A stretch of 64,000 nt of DNA from Eledone cirrhosa (taxonomy: Eukaryota). Under the pieces are notes generated by a model. It made no database searches and was not told the DNA's origin. It worked only from the letters and a program-made list of their open reading frames with translations. Numbering within the stretch: the first letter of the stretch is position 1; every line of letters starts with the position of its first letter. The stretch is taken from positions 3,162,001 through 3,226,000 of the forward strand of contig OZ024753.1 in assembly GCA_964016885.1 (NCBI GenBank). The letters run 5' to 3'. Shown one piece after another: positions 1-14,617 of this stretch. The position numbers and the translations under genes were made by a program.

Positions 1-1445
1 TATATAAAAGTTTAATGATAAAACCAATTTCATTTAATGATGCTGGCATATTACAATCCAAATATTGAAGCACAACCAAAATATTAATATAGGTTTATGA
101 TACCTAATACATTATAATTTGAAACCTTGCCAATATTTTGTGAATTCAGATATTATAATTGAGTGGAGTTTCAACTTTGGAAAGAGATATGTATATCTTC
201 TGAGGAAAGGAACCAACAAGAGTATCCAGTCATAAAACACACACTTCTCTATTACTTCATTTTTCTTTATTTGTTACTATTACCAATTGGAATCAGATGC
301 CTCCAGCCTTCTTATGACTTGTTATATGTCAAATCACAGTTAAGATGCAAGACCTGCTTCATGATAAATACTTCTATAAAATTCTACCTTTTAACAATTT
401 TGAATAAAAATTCTTCTTTAATTCGAATATTAAAAACTTGTTTGAAATAGTCATACAGAAGTGTATAAATATTGTAACTAGATAAAAGACCAGCTCTTCC
501 TTTTAGATTTGAGGTAATCCAACTGTTATTACTGGTACTTATTTTATCAGTCTCATAGAGATAAAAGCCAAAGTCAGTGACAATGAACTTGGAATATTAA
601 CAAAGTATGAACTACCCTAACAATATAAGATATTAATAGTTTTCAGTTGAGAGAATCTTGTATGAAATTAAGTGATGATAAATCTATATTTTAGTGTTAG
701 GAGAAGTAAACTACTAATATGGAATAGCAATTGTAGTCTAGAGTATATTGTGGAAGATACCTATTATAGGCTGTTTTATAACCTCAGTAAATGGCAATCT
801 GTCAGATTGAGTCTATTAGGTCATTCATTCCTTAATGTGATTGTCTGTTAGAAAGTTATATCACCAATACTCAAGATGCAATATTAATAGGATATATGTA
901 TGACAGTTTACGTGAGGATAATTAAATAATATTAGACGAATAAGAAATAAAAAATAAAATTAAATCTGAATTCAGAAAAGAAATAAAAATATTTTAAACT
1001 TTTTTCTAGTAAAGTAAGCATAAAAATCATTTATCAGTTATCATCTATTAGGGCCAGGATATTGCTCCAGTATTTCAAAGCTGGCCTACAGGAAATATTC
1101 TAAAATGAGAATGATTTATGAAACTGTGATACTCATACATTTATTAGGGATATTAAAATGTTAATAAAATGAAATGCTTCTAACTAAGAATTAAACAGAA
1201 GTCAAACCATCAATTTTCTGACAGCATACACCACATACCCAAACTATATGATAACTCTTAATGTCCCATACCACATGAAATCTCATTAGAAAGATATTCA
1301 ACCACCACAAGGCTGCATCATTATCATTTTATGTTCATTGTTCATTACCAAATATTAAGAGATAAAGAACATTTTTAGACACCAAAATTTGATTGATTTG
1401 TTTATTTCTCAACTTCACAAATATCTTCATTATTTTACATTACTC

Positions 1446-1822
1446 CTGAGTTCAAATTTTACATTATTTTACATTATTTTACATTACTCCTGAGTTCAAA
1501 TCCCGCCAAGGTTGACTTTGCCTTTCATCCTTACGGGGTCGATAAAATAAAGTACCAGTAATGCACTGGGTAATTGCTGGCCTTGTGCCAAAAGTAGAAA
1601 CAATTATTTTACATTACTCCAGGCTGTGGATTGGCAGTATCGGTAGAGAGTCGGACGCCATGCTTTCCAGCATAGTTACGGCCCTTTATGGCCTGAGTTC
1701 AAATCCCGCCAAGGTTAACTTTGCCTTTCAGCCTTACAGGGGTCGATAAAATAAAGTACCAGTAATGCACTGGGTAATTGCTGGCCTTGTGCCAACAGTA
1801 GAAACAATTATTTTACATTACT
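1446..1822 (+). mobile_element. tRNA-derived SINE (family A), partial plus near-complete tandem copies
   Basis: B-box-like gagttcaaatccc followed by gcctttcatccttacggggtcgataaaataaagtaccag and the tail ccttgtgccaaaagtagaaacaattat. The unit is repeated in tandem here and recurs many times in the window. Confidence 0.85.
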
Positions 1823-1888
1823 CGTTGCACCAAGTACATAACCAAAATGGACAACTAATCTGAAGTCTCCTACAACTGACAACAACTT

Positions 1889-2090
1889 CTTTTTCTTCTT
1901 CTTTGCCCACTTATTCCTGAGAAGGTCATAGGGGTAGAGTCCTCAAACTCTCCATCCAGCAGTTCCTGTCAGAAGCAACCATCTCCAACTGATCTGACTG
2001 GATCTCCAAGCAAGACCAGCCAACATCATAGATGTTATCCAACCATTTTGCTCAAGATATACCTCTTGGTCTCATGCTGGTTAGTTTTTC
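1889..2090 (-). mobile_element. RTE-clade LINE 3' end (Expander/Rex3-like), decayed
   Basis: Minus strand translates MRPRGIS*AKWLDNIYDVGWSCLEIQSDQLEMVASDRNCW, the RPRG..RW.D C-terminal RTE motif. Homologous to 61378-61566. Confidence 0.75.
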
Positions 2091-3964
2091 CCACTTTCCA
2101 ATTAAAAACAGAAAAGAACATAAACAACTAACTAACTACATTAATCACATTTGCATGAAAAAAACTACACTGAATGATATAAATTCATAACTGAATGCAA
2201 TAAGCCTAAATGCCATTAAGAAGTCTCTCACAATTTTCATTTAAACCTAGGAAATCGTGCTTTGATATAATTCTTTGATATAGCTAAGGTGCTCTATGCT
2301 CCAGACTTTAGTGATGTTTTAATTCTGAGATCAGAATCATTAATTATGAGTCTCTGTAGAAGTTTTAAGACTAGTTAGCTCGAAGACCAAACATACTACC
2401 ATTTTTTTCCTTATTGATTGATTAGAAAAAGTGACAACTGCAAAATATGAGTACACACTATATGTATTTAAGCCGATTTCTAAAGTTTATGAAATAATTC
2501 AGTTATAATAAAAAAAAAACTCCTCTTCTATTGTCTTTATAGTATTTAAAATTTTAATTAATTCAAAGATATTGTAAAAGAATCATAATTAAGTAAAAAG
2601 ATTACCAAGTTTAATAGAAATAACGTAAAAAAAACAACACAAAATTTTGTTCTGTTTGATGTGATATAGTTAGTAATAATACAACAAAAATATGTTAGAG
2701 AATCTGTTTATTTTCAATTTTCTTCCTTCATTTCCAGTCAATTATTAAGATGAAATGACTAATGCAAGATCAAATGACTTGGTGTTTTTATGAACATCAT
2801 ATAGCTTTTAGTCAATGAAGAGATGTTACTTCAGGCTATTTAGAAGTCTCCTAACAAGCAACATTACCACAGAAAAGTAGTAGAAGAAAAGCAAGAGAGC
2901 TAGATATGTAATTTCAATACACATACCAAGCAGCTTTCAACTACCATCTCATTGAAAACAAAGCACAATTGTTAAGATGATGCAGTGATTTAAACCTTTC
3001 TTGTCAATGAGTTTTGATATATTTATTTGATATACTGATAAGAAATGATGAAAATTAACATGTATGTTGCCAATCCATTCATTAACTTTGCACTGTGCTG
3101 CCATAAATCAATGACACATAAAGTACCAATTTATTGCCAATCAATTTTTCCTCAGATTCTTATATTCAATATGTTTGTTGAGCTTTATGTGGTTCTTTGA
3201 GTTGTCTGCATTCTCAACAGTAGATGCACTATAATCAATATTTCTCTTGCATCTACTTCAGAAGTTATTATACTGCAACAAAGGTTACAGAAAGTGGGCA
3301 TCTTTGCTCCGGAAATATGGTTACTTGTTGAAAAGAGCAGCATTGTGTAATGAGAAGAATCAGGCAAATGCAATAACATCCAGTCTGTAACTTGTACAAA
3401 GAGAGAAACCATTATCTAAATGTTTGTATTGATAATCACTATTGACTGTAATGATTATAAAAGGCATCCCATGAAGATATTTTATGAGAATTCTGTCAAG
3501 GCATAAATATTGAGCTTTAGTTCTTGGTGCTAATATCATTATGGTCAGGCCAGTATTTAGAAGCTTATATGGGTTAGATAATTCTGCAAAATATTTATCA
3601 CTATTTACATTTTAATCTACCACCATCACATCAGTAAGGATCAATCATTTAAGGTTAGTCTATTTTTCCTTTTATCATTTTATTGACTTCAATCATTAGA
3701 CTGTTGTTATGCTGAGGCAACATATTCAAGGGATATACACTATCATGCTGATACCAGTAATTAATCTAGTACATATTTTATCAACAGTTATTTAACGAAT
3801 GGCTAAGTTCACCTACACATTATTTTACATCACTTAAAAGTTATAATTACCATAAGATTTTTGCACCAATTTATAATGGCATACACAAGCACACACATAT
3901 CTTCTCCCCTTTTCCCATCATATTCCTCATACAGAGTAGAGAGGACCCTTTAGTCCTGACATGA

Positions 3965-4270
3965 TAAACTCACTAGTGCTGGTGTCATACAAAATGCACA
4001 TATTATACCCTGTAAAATGGTTTGTGATGGGAGAGGTATCCAGCTCTGGAACCCTAAAGGTTAAAACGTTTTCAGTTGTATCAAGGACACAACAACCTCT
4101 CTAGTGCTGGTGACACAATCAAACACACCCAGTACTCACTGTAAAGTGTTGGGTGATAGGAAGCACATCCGACCATAGAGAACCTACTTAACAAAATGTA
4201 GAGATGACTCTTTAGTTGTGTCAAAAACATGATAACCTCCATAGTGCTGGAGCCACGATAAAATGTACTT
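3965..4270 (+). mobile_element. Decayed RTE-associated non-autonomous modules (pseudoknot-type unit plus ggaag..catcc motif)
   Basis: Three agtgctgg(t/a)g.ca...aaa units, the first two followed by ctgtaaa...gg..g.atcc. Same modules as 63468-63940. Confidence 0.55.
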
Positions 4271-5569
4271 GTCAACATCTGTTAGCAGGGAATATGAACT
4301 TTAAATGATGATGCCGAGATTCCATCTACCTAATGTCCTTCAAAAGACATTGGTCAACATAAGTTTAGAGCAGAAGCTGACAGCCAGTGGACTTGAACCT
4401 GCAGCCATGTTTTCTTTAAGTAAACCACTTAACCAATCTTGCACTCATATCTGCCCTCGTCTCTTCCCATTCTCATTGCTGGACAGTAGCACCAATGCTA
4501 ATTTATATGATACTGTATGTCTATAATTCTCATCAGGAAAAAAAAGAGACATAGATGGGTCCCGATTCCTTGTCCATTAATTAGAAGCTGGCTACTGAGG
4601 CAGAGTTTATTCACCTTTATCAAAAGGACGGAGCTGTTGTCCACTTGAAAAATTGTCACCGATGTTACTAAGGAGTCCCATGTAACCAGATTTTGAAATC
4701 AAAGTGATCCTTCTCCAAGACAGACAGTCATCCAAAGCTAATAACCATCTTTCTTCATGCTTCTATTTTTGTTTTTACACACTATTGAATGGTCTTTCGA
4801 CTCTCCTAAGTTCTTCCATCTTTTGGCAGGTTTTATTTTTCATCCTGTTTCTTAACCCTATAACAGCCCTGATTTAACAGTCCAATAATCCAAGGTTCTC
4901 CAACAATCAACAACCCCTTTTTTAGGATTAAATCTACTATACTACATAAAGTATCCTCTCCTTATAAGTAGTAGGGTGGGATTTGAGGGAAACTTGACTA
5001 TTATCTCTAGCAGGGTGAGTGACTGTATCAAGTCGTCTCCATTTGCTATGTGGTGAGTGCAACCTGTACATGCCAGCAATTCACAGGTTAGATTGAGTCT
5101 GCTACAGTTGTCTCAGTGTAATTCAAGTGATGTAATGTGACCATTTGTCCTTTCAGCTGACTGACTGATGCACTTCCATTCATTTTGATGATGAGTGTTC
5201 CAGTTCGATCAATGAAACAGACTACTCATGAAATTAACATGTAAATTGAGATTCAGCATGAAACAGTATGTGATGAGGCAGGCCTTTTGCATTACAGGTA
5301 CAATCCATCCAGCGTGTCTCCCTTACCATCCTCCAGGGAAACGCCTTCTCTATTTTGTCTGCCGGTGAGAGATGGGGAGAGCAGGAGAGTCAGAGGCCAT
5401 GACAGTGGGAGTTTGGTTCCTTTGTGTTCGAACCTGGTGTATATGTTTCAAGGACACACACTCATGTTCAAATTAACAGTTTAAATATTGAAATACTTTT
5501 GTTGTGAAGTAAAATATAATCCATTCTTATGTCCAAAAGGTATGTTGATTGACAAAAAGTAGATTCTAA

Positions 5570-5720
5570 ACTGTTTCTGTTTACCAAATGCTACTCATAA
5601 GGTACAGGTCGATCTGAAGCCTCTATGGTCAAAGACACTTGCCTAAGATGTGATAGAGTGGGATCAAACCCTTGACCTAATAATTACAAAGTAAACTTCT
5701 TCACCATTCATCTATACTGT
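5570..5720 (-). mobile_element. Decayed tRNA-derived SINE (family D)
   Basis: aaagacacttgcctaag...gtgggatcaaaccc is the reverse complement of a B-box plus CORE-like segment. Related copies at about 11650-11845, 12125-12465, 44470-44635 and 49020-49125. Confidence 0.55.
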
Positions 5721-7489
5721 ATCTATTGATACACCTTTTATGTAGCCAATCAGTTTTCAGTGAGATAACACCAGAGATAAACCAACTACCAGAGCAAGCC
5801 AACAAAATTCTACATCGATAAGTCAGAAGCAAGTGTTAAAGAATTACACACAATCTCCAATGTATCTTAGTAAAACACACATAACTATTTTGATACAAAG
5901 CTGCCTGAAATTGCCTCAGGGTTTACAATATAAGTCTGTTTATTTTAAAGTGTTTATATTTATCTAGCAAACCTTCATCATAATTTTATTAAGTTACAAA
6001 CTTTAAACTGATAATGAAGAAGTTAGTTATATTAAATCCCCCGAATTCTTGATTATATTCTATATCACAGACAGTGTTTTTCATTAGAAATATGGTAACA
6101 AAAGTTTTAAGTGTATATAAATCACAGACTGCAATATAAGTCAATAAATATAAAAGCCACCATGTGAGAATTAGATTAACCTTAGTATATCTCAATATTA
6201 TGAGGTAGATCATGTGAATATAACATAAGTGACAGTATACATCTCAAAATCCTATAAGCAGTAAATATATGGTTATCACTTAACCAGCAGTATATATTTG
6301 AATATCATATAAGCAACAGTATATATCAATAATAAGTAAGCTACAATGTATATATAAATGTATCTCAATATCTCATAAGCATCTCAATACCACATGAGCA
6401 ATGATATATATCAAAAGCAACTGTATATATCTGAATATCAAATAAGCAATGATATATAATGAGATACATAAGCAAAAATACATCCTATCGTCACATAGGA
6501 TGTACTGAATATAAAAATCATGTTGTATTTTTAAAGGCAAATACTTGATATTTTTCAGGGAAGTAATTTATCATCTGACTTTTAACAGTTTATATATATA
6601 CTTTCTTTAGCTTTTTTGCATAAAAATATCAACTATTTTATATTTCGAAGAAAATAATTTTCAGATTTAATCTTTAGTATTCTCCTGATAGCTATTATTA
6701 GAATTGTTGTTGTTATCATATCATATTTAAAATACTTTTAGGATAAAACTTTTAACACTCAAAAAATCTATTTCCCAAATGGTCAGTAAACACAAAGCAG
6801 TATCTATTCGTTTTCTTCGAACTGAAATCTTCACATTAAAAGATTATTCTTTAATAATTTAAAAAATATTTTAGCAAGTTGCACTTAATACATTTTTGTT
6901 GAGCTATGTATTTTTTCTAATTTTTTAATTTCTTTTTTAAATTAACCATTTCTTATTCTTAATATATTATTTCAGTTTGTTGAATTGTCAAATTCCAAAA
7001 ACCAGTTGACAGGTTATAAATTATCTCACATTTTAGTAATCATTATTTAGCAAGAAAACGTATGAACTGAACTAAATATATACTTAAATAAATGGAAAAA
7101 ATGAAAACAAATCAAGCTAAGTTCTGTTAGATGTTACTGAAAAGAATTTGTGAATCTGAAAACAGAAAAAAATAATATACAATGTGGAAAGTGATATAAA
7201 GCTAAGAAATAATGTTTTGTATCTTTATATATCTTCTATTATAATTCCATTTACATCTAGAATGCATTATACGGATATAAATTAACCCAATACTTACCCA
7301 AAAAGATTAAAAGCAAAATTGACCTCAGTGGGAATTGTATAGAAATTGCTAAGAACCATAACTAAATAATGCTTCAAAGATTCTGCCAGTACACATTAAA
7401 AACTGATGTTTGAAGTTTAATAAGGAACTGTTTCAACTCCACAATCAGCAATGAAATCATCCAAGATATTTTTATACCACAAACTAAAT

Positions 7490-7812
7490 GATTAAATGAT
7501 ACACAATATTTCAATACCAGTTTCAACATCGTAAACAAACAGGAGTGTTGTGTAACTCCAGATTAAATGATTCACAATATTTAAATCCCAGTATCAACAT
7601 TGAAAACATACCAGAGTGTTGAGTAACTCCAGATTAAATGATTCACAATATTTAAATCCCAGTATCAACATTGAAAACATGCCAGAGTGTTGAGTAACTC
7701 CAGATTAAATGATTCACAATATCTTAATCACAGTGTCAACATTGAAAACTTACATGACAGTTGTGTAACTCCAGATTAAATGATTCCCAATATTTCAATC
7801 TCAGTATCAACA
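7490..7812. repeat. Minisatellite, 71-bp unit, about 4.5 copies
   Basis: gattaaatga recurs at 7490, 7561, 7632, 7703 and 7774. Confidence 0.95.
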
Positions 7813-7829
7813 AATATAAAAGACAGCCG

Positions 7830-8200
7830 TGAAGGCGCATGGTTTAGTGGTTAGAGCATTGGGCTTGCAATCGAAATGTTGTGAGTTCAATTCTTGGACC
7901 GGGTGATGTGTTGTTTCCTTGAGCAAGACACTTTATTTCACATTGTTCCAGTTTACTCAGCTGTAGAAATGAGATGATAGGATTGGGGTCCCTATCATTC
8001 CCCTGCAAAGTGGTCGTGGAGGTGCCACGGCAAAAAAGCAAATAAGATTGGTGTTAGGAAGGGCATCCAGCTGTAGAAATCAAGCCAAAATCAGTTCCCA
8101 TATGAGCAGGACAAGGTCAGCCAACCGGACACTGCCCATAACAGGACAATCCGTCTAACCCATGCTAGATTGGAAGAACTGACGTAAAACAGTGATGATG
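7830..8200 (+). mobile_element. tRNA-derived SINE (family B) with CORE-like body and RTE-type tail
   Basis: A-box tggtttagtgg, B-box gagttcaattc, ccttgagcaagacactttatttcac, ggtgttaggaagggcatccagctgtagaaa, and tail cccatgctag...gacgtaaaacagtgatgatg. Confidence 0.85.
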
Positions 8201-10019
8201 ACTCAAGGCTGGATTATGTTTTATGGGCTTCTAAGCACTCAAAAGATTATGGTGCCCCTCATTTATAAATTCTGCAACTATACATATTTTTTGAATGATA
8301 AATCGATTTAATTTTAATAAAATGCTGTCCCTCTTCCCTTGATGTCCACAGTGTGAGGTTAATTTGTTTAATTGTTAATCGAAACCTACACACAGCAGTG
8401 TACTACATTCTTGCTCTTGCTCGACACAGCCGGGGTCATCTTAAGCCAGCTATCTCAAAGTATCATTGTGCATAGAGCCGACCAGATTAAATTATTCACA
8501 GCATTTAATATGGAAATACTATGGATTGTTCAGCACCTGTGGTTGCAGAACTATGTGAAACAGAGACACACAATAAATTCAGGATAAATACCTAGGAAAC
8601 TGTTGCTATGATAAAATAACATTTATGCTCCCAAATGTTCACAACACACATTTATTTATTATCTACAAACATTATAAAGGTGGAAACACTCTCCTTAATC
8701 TCAGTTATAATAATATTATGGCGCAAATATTTTGACACTTGCACTATGCATAGAAGCCATGACTACGGGTAAATGGAAGTAAATATCTAAATACTCAGAT
8801 GATTGCAAAAGTCATACAACACTGCCTGTGGCCACCCAGCAAATTTCTTCACTCTGTTATAGGAAATTCAAGTGCCCACTCCTAATTAAAGAGATGATGG
8901 ACTATCACTTGCCAAAGTGTTTGGGCTGCACATGAATGTATATTAACAGTCAAATCATAAAAAATCAGAAGTGTACTTGACTAAATTATTCACAGGTTCT
9001 ACCATTATCATCATCATTTTATGTCTGGTTTACACACTGACATTGGATGGGCATTGGGTGGACATTGGGTGGACATGGGTCAGAGAAAATACATCTTGCT
9101 CATAAGTTACATATTTGGCATGGTTTTTATGGCTGGATACTATTCCTAGTGCCAGCCACCTTACAATTTTGTTTTGTGATCTATAATAACTCCACCCATA
9201 TCTAAGGTTCGTTATAGAAATTGACCCCAATAGTTGATTATTACTTTATTTTATTGGCCCTGGAAGGAAGAAAGGCAAACTCTGCCCAGTAGGGTAATAG
9301 ATAAAATCTGCAGTCTTTTTGGTCTGATGCTCTACAGATTCTGGAAATCCAAATTTTACTTTGATTTTCAGCAATAAAATAATCACGCAAGCAAATCGTA
9401 AATTTAATGAGTGGATATTAAACATCAAGTATATGTCTGCCTGATCAAAGTAAATATTCTTTATGATGTAAGATACAGAATATAGAAATATAGTTATACT
9501 ATTTGTAAAGTATGGTAATATTGTTTTAGTACTGAAAACTATGTATCAAAGTTTAAGTAGTCATCCTTTCATTTTTGTTAGCTACTCTAATGCTAGATTA
9601 GTTTGGATATATAAAAAGACATTGGAATTCAGAAGAAATAAAAATATCAATGATCAAAAAACGTCATGAAAGTAACATTAAGTGTTATAGCACAAATAAT
9701 TAGAATGAAAACCAACTTAGATACAGTTCAGGTTTATGCTAAGACAAGCAACCAACAATATTTTATCCCTAGTGAGAGAACAACAGTTGTTGGCTAAGAG
9801 CTAGTCCCTGTTCCAAATATTTATTGACCTGGAGAAGACATTTAACATGTTACCATATGCCGTAGACTAGTGGTTGATAGGAAACTTAACTGTAGATGAA
9901 TATGTGGGAGCCATAGAAGCCATGAGAGTTAGCAATGAATTAATGAGTTCAGCAAAAGATTTAGTATGTAGGTGGGTGTCCATCTTGTTTTTCAGGTCAT
10001 AGCAAAAATATTTAAGACC

Positions 10020-10495
10020 AGCTATATTTGGGAAGCTCTGTATGTTCTCTGTAGTTCTCATAACCAGATCTGTCCAAGGATTATAGAAGCAATTCTAAAT
10101 GTTTGAGCGGTTTCATAGTAAATCTAGCAAAGTCAAAAGTTTTAATTTAGAAAGAAAGAACACAGGATCCTATTGCAATATGAGAAGTGGCCTGCTTGAA
10201 AGACAGAGGAAGGGGAGGTAGGATTCAATAGAGTGTAACAAATGTATCAGCACACAAGCTGTGATCAAAGTCAGACTGATCAAAAGGTGATATAAAACTA
10301 GTCGTTGACATCAGTAAGGTGGGTGTTTTGAACAAAGTAGTCAGAAAAGTTCATGGAGATGATAATAAAGGGTTTCTTCCTATGTATGAAGGCCAGAGTG
10401 TACAAGATTTGTGTATGAACAGAGATGCTGCAAGGTAACAAAATATGGATATTGAATGTGGAGAATGTATGAAGACTGGAATGAAATGAAACAAA
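10020..10495 (+). mobile_element. Highly decayed RTE LINE reverse transcriptase C-terminal fragment
   Basis: Interrupted translation (VNLAKSKVLI; FMEMIIKGFFLCMKARVYKICV*TEMLQGNKIWILNVENV*RLE*NE) aligns by eye with the RTE ORF at 23097-23760. Confidence 0.65.
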
Positions 10496-11845
10496 TATAC
10501 TCTACTGGTTGTGTAACTATATGAAATTGAGGTGTGTTATCATTAGGAACGGCTGTACAACTAATTGTTTACTAAAAACATCATTTGAACAAACAGCCTT
10601 TGGTTCCATAGACCAGAACTACAACCACCCAGCTTTGACTAGCTCAACATTTCAAACAAGAATCAGAAATAAATTTAAATATTTTTTCCTCAATAGTAAT
10701 TCAATTTCTAAATCAGACATAATTTTGAACATGTGTAAAATATGCAGTGTTTCCTTTCATTTCAAATATCAACTATACTTCACTTAGCATAAATTATAAT
10801 GGTAATAATTTGAAAAAATACATGCCTCTGGCAAGATTATTTCAAAATTTTAACTTTGGAATAGAAATTTAAAAATACTAATTTTAAAAAAAATTGGCCT
10901 ATGTTCACCTTGGCTAATTTTTCTTTTCTCATGCTTTAAATGGAATGTATTCTAAGATGAAAACTACATGCTAAACATGATCTGGATTAATGTTTTTTTT
11001 TTTTTGTTTTGTTTTTTTCAGTAAATTGTATGACAATTATTATGTGTATTAACAAAGACATATACATACACATGTATGTGGAAGTTCATTTATATGTGAT
11101 TATCAGAATCTGCCGATATGTTTGTCTATGTAAACAGGCAAGTATGTGAAAGTATGCAAATGTATACAAGTTTTTGATTATGTCAAAATGTATATTTATA
11201 CAATGTCTATGTAAAGTATAAAAAAGCAAATATCAAGATGTCAATGATGATAAGGTTATTGAAGCTTTTTACCATAATTTCCCCATGTTTCCCCTCACCT
11301 TAGGAACAGCTCACTTTTACTTTAGTAGTAATGTTACAATACAATGTTCAATAACATTAATATTTTAGTCTCCAGGTTTTGTTGTTGTTCTTTGGTAAAG
11401 TACAGGAATGTATGTAAGCAAGATGCAGACCCCTGGCTCAACTGGGAGGTCAGTAGCTCTGCTTGAGTTCTGACTTCGTCAGTGACAACTTATCCAATCC
11501 TTGCTAGGTGGGAAAATGGACAATAAAAGATGATGGAGAGCCCACCTCAAAACCATAGTTATATTTTCTGTTCACATAAAAACACTTGATACCATGCTTT
11601 ATTTTATATATATAAAAAGAAAATTGCATGGAACTTATTCTTAATATATGAAGGATCCTCCTTCAGTTTCAACGATGGACATTCGATCGGTGATCAACTG
11701 TATATGTGGCTCATTAAATAAATGTTCAGTCAGCTGAGTATTTTACTAACACCTATACTCTTAAATAATTCCAAAGCCAAAACGAAATATGCAAGACACT
11801 CAGTGGTATTACACAATTTCTGTCAAACTAATTTCACTCATAAAT

Positions 11846-12034
11846 CTTGGCCATATCTGCCAAAATTCTCTCACCTCTTTCTGTTCAAACTGGCTATAAC
11901 TGGTCACGCATACTGATATTGAGGTACTGTTCTCAAAATAAATAATATCATCATCAAAATCTCATAGATTCCATATTATGTGAGATAAAGCCTTCACTGG
12001 GAAAATATAATAGTAATGTAAATGCTAAAGGGTT
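11846..12034. mobile_element. piggyBac-type MITE, left end truncated
   Basis: Ends taaatgctaaagggtta. Internal sequence shared with 30967-31193, 41455-41670 and 45167-45532. Confidence 0.65.
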
Positions 12035-12487
12035 ATGATGCTATGAAGTAGCATCAAAGCAAGTATGTTGGGATTGTGAAGCAAACATCTTAGCCACTTC
12101 ATCAAGTCTGTATCCTAATATATGATAGACCTCTTTCAGTTTCAATGAGGAGTGTTCCAGTTGTTAGATCAATCTGCTAATGAATTTAACATGTAAGTGA
12201 CTGAGCATTTCACATATCTGTGTATCTTCATCGAAATACTCAGGGAGATTAAGTGTGTAACAGAGTATAACAGAGCTGACCTCTTTGAATTACAGGTTCA
12301 GCCAATCTGATAGGCTGCCAAATAATTTTAATCTCCCCAATTTCTCTCACAAGACGTGGATCAATGTGAAGCTATGGCACAGGAAGTTCATGTTTCAATG
12401 CAGTAGGTTTGAACCCAAGATATAATGATTGCGAAATGAGTTCCTTAAACCTTTACCCATATTGCATCTCCATCCTAATAAGTATAT

Positions 12488-12534
<47 letters not shown>

Positions 12535-12589
12535 GATATACTTTATATATATATTAGGATATACAAACCACATTTACAGTGTGTGTATA

Positions 12590-12960
12590 TCATCATCATC
12601 ATCATCATCAACGTTTAACGTCCGTGTTCCACGCTTGCATGGGTTTGGACGGGGGTAGTCCCGCTTGAGGCAAGAGTGATTGTCTTGCTCGCATAGGACT
12701 GTCTGGCAGGTTTTCTACAGTTGGATGCCCTTCCTAACACCAACCACATTTACAGTGTGGGTCTGGGAGGTTTTTACCGTGTTGCCTACACGGCCACATT
12801 ACAGCGTGGACTGTGTGTTTTTTTGTTGTGACACCTACACGATCTCATTTGTTTCGGCCTGGATGGCGCGGCACCAACATAACTTTACATAGAACGGGGT
12901 GGTGTGGATGGGGTGGGGGTGGTGGTGGCGGGACGGGTTGTATTTTGTAGAGATGCCTAC
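12590..12960 (-). mobile_element. 5'-truncated copy (3' UTR only) of the RTE LINE at 22710-23760
   Basis: Near-identical to 22710-23070. (CAT)n tail at left; truncated at (TA)n. Confidence 0.9.
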
Positions 12961-12977
12961 TATATATATATATATAT

Positions 12978-13169
12978 AACGAAGGAAATGTGGTAAGGAA
13001 CCAGATGGACCATAATGCACCAAAGTACTCAATACTTAGGGTAGTAGAGTGGGTAATAGGAACGAATAGGACCCCGACGGCTGAACTCAAGCCGTTTTGA
13101 TGGCTAATTCTGGACCAGAATTAGCCGTTGAAACGGCTTGAGCTCAGCCGTCGGGGTCCTATTCGTTCC

Positions 13170-13172
<3 letters not shown>
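12978..13172 (-). mobile_element. Hairpin element copy 1 (putative PLE pseudo-LTR with inverted arm)
   Basis: Flanked by (TA)n. 13056-13172 is a near-perfect palindrome centred on 13114. Homologous to 16065-16268 and 20861-21028. Confidence 0.75.
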
Positions 13173-13226
<54 letters not shown>

Positions 13227-13230
13227 ATAT

Positions 13231-13405
13231 GTATGTAAAAGGTAAACAGAAATAACAACACAATCAGTACAGTATATGAAAGGATTATATTAGGTTAACG
13301 CTTGAAATAGCAGGAAGAGGGTGTTAATGTTTCAGGTGCTAGTCCTTCATCAGAAGAAAGAATGAGAAATAAGATGAGAAATAAGATGAGAAATAAGATA
13401 GAATT
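13231..13405 (-). mobile_element. Short repeat with hammerhead core (family H2), putative PLE solo pseudo-LTR
   Basis: Minus strand reads CUGAUGA-AGG-acuagca-CCU-GAAAC (13329-13353). Homologous to 21243-21395 and 25411-25527; ends ttaccttttacatac next to (TA)n. Confidence 0.65.
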
Positions 13406-13594
13406 GGAAAAAATGTCTTTAGCTAAAAATAACAGGTCATCTCTTTGGCAATATACAAACATATGTATACATGTAAAAAATACAAGGAAGATGTGTACAT
13501 GTTACAATACAGGAATATGTATTCATGTATGCAATACAGAAAATATGCATACATATGGAAAATATGCAGAAATATGTGTACATGTAGACAATAC

Positions 13595-13715
13595 TTAGAT
13601 ATATACATGTTGACAATACAGTGAAATATGTATATATACATGTTGACAATACAGTGAAATATGTATATATACATGTTGACAATACAGTGAAATATGTATA
13701 TATATGTAGACAATA
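13595..13715. repeat. Minisatellite, 33-bp unit, about 3.5 copies
   Basis: tatatacatgttgacaatacagtgaaatatgta repeated. Confidence 0.9.
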
Positions 13716-14265
13716 CACAGAAATATTTAGTTCTATTTTTTAATATTTAGCCCTAAGATGAACATAGATAATATTGTGAGAAATTCAATTCCTAACTTCT
13801 TTAGTTCTTTCGTTTGTTTTAAACATCATGGCCAAGACCATACTGCATCATAGGTTTTAGATAAAAAAAAATAGGAAAAAACAGCAAATCATTTAGCTTG
13901 TGCATAAAATATATCTTAGTTGTAAATTGTGCTTTTTTTTTTCTATACAACTGAAAAATGGAAAAAAATCTGAAAGAATGACAGCCCAGAAGGAAAGATA
14001 TGAAAGATATATAGAAAAATGTTATATTACAAAATACAAAGAAGAAAATTTATGAAGATCTAGAATACAGGACTTTGGCAATTTCAGCATTAAGTGAAAG
14101 AATATCAAAATCATAGTTTTGAATTGAATGTAATTTGCTTGATAAATTGAATAAGAATTGTTTTCAATGAAAGACATACATATAATATATACCTGTGTAT
14201 ACATTACTGTGTAGGATGAATGAATGTATGTGCATGTATTTGTAAGTATGTAGATGTGTAAATAG

Positions 14266-14268
14266 TAT

Positions 14269-14339
<71 letters not shown>

Positions 14340-14352
14340 TATATATATATAT

Positions 14353-14397
<45 letters not shown>

Positions 14398-14480
14398 TAT
14401 ATATATATATACACACATATATATACACACACACACATATATATATATATATACACACATATATATATATATACACACAC

Positions 14481-14515
<35 letters not shown>

Positions 14516-14552
14516 TATATATATATACACACACATATATATATACACACAC

Positions 14553-14617
<65 letters not shown>

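Noticed and set aside
7830-7900. tRNA gene candidates at SINE heads
   Set aside because: A and B boxes are present but there is no cloverleaf or acceptor stem, and each continues into a SINE body.
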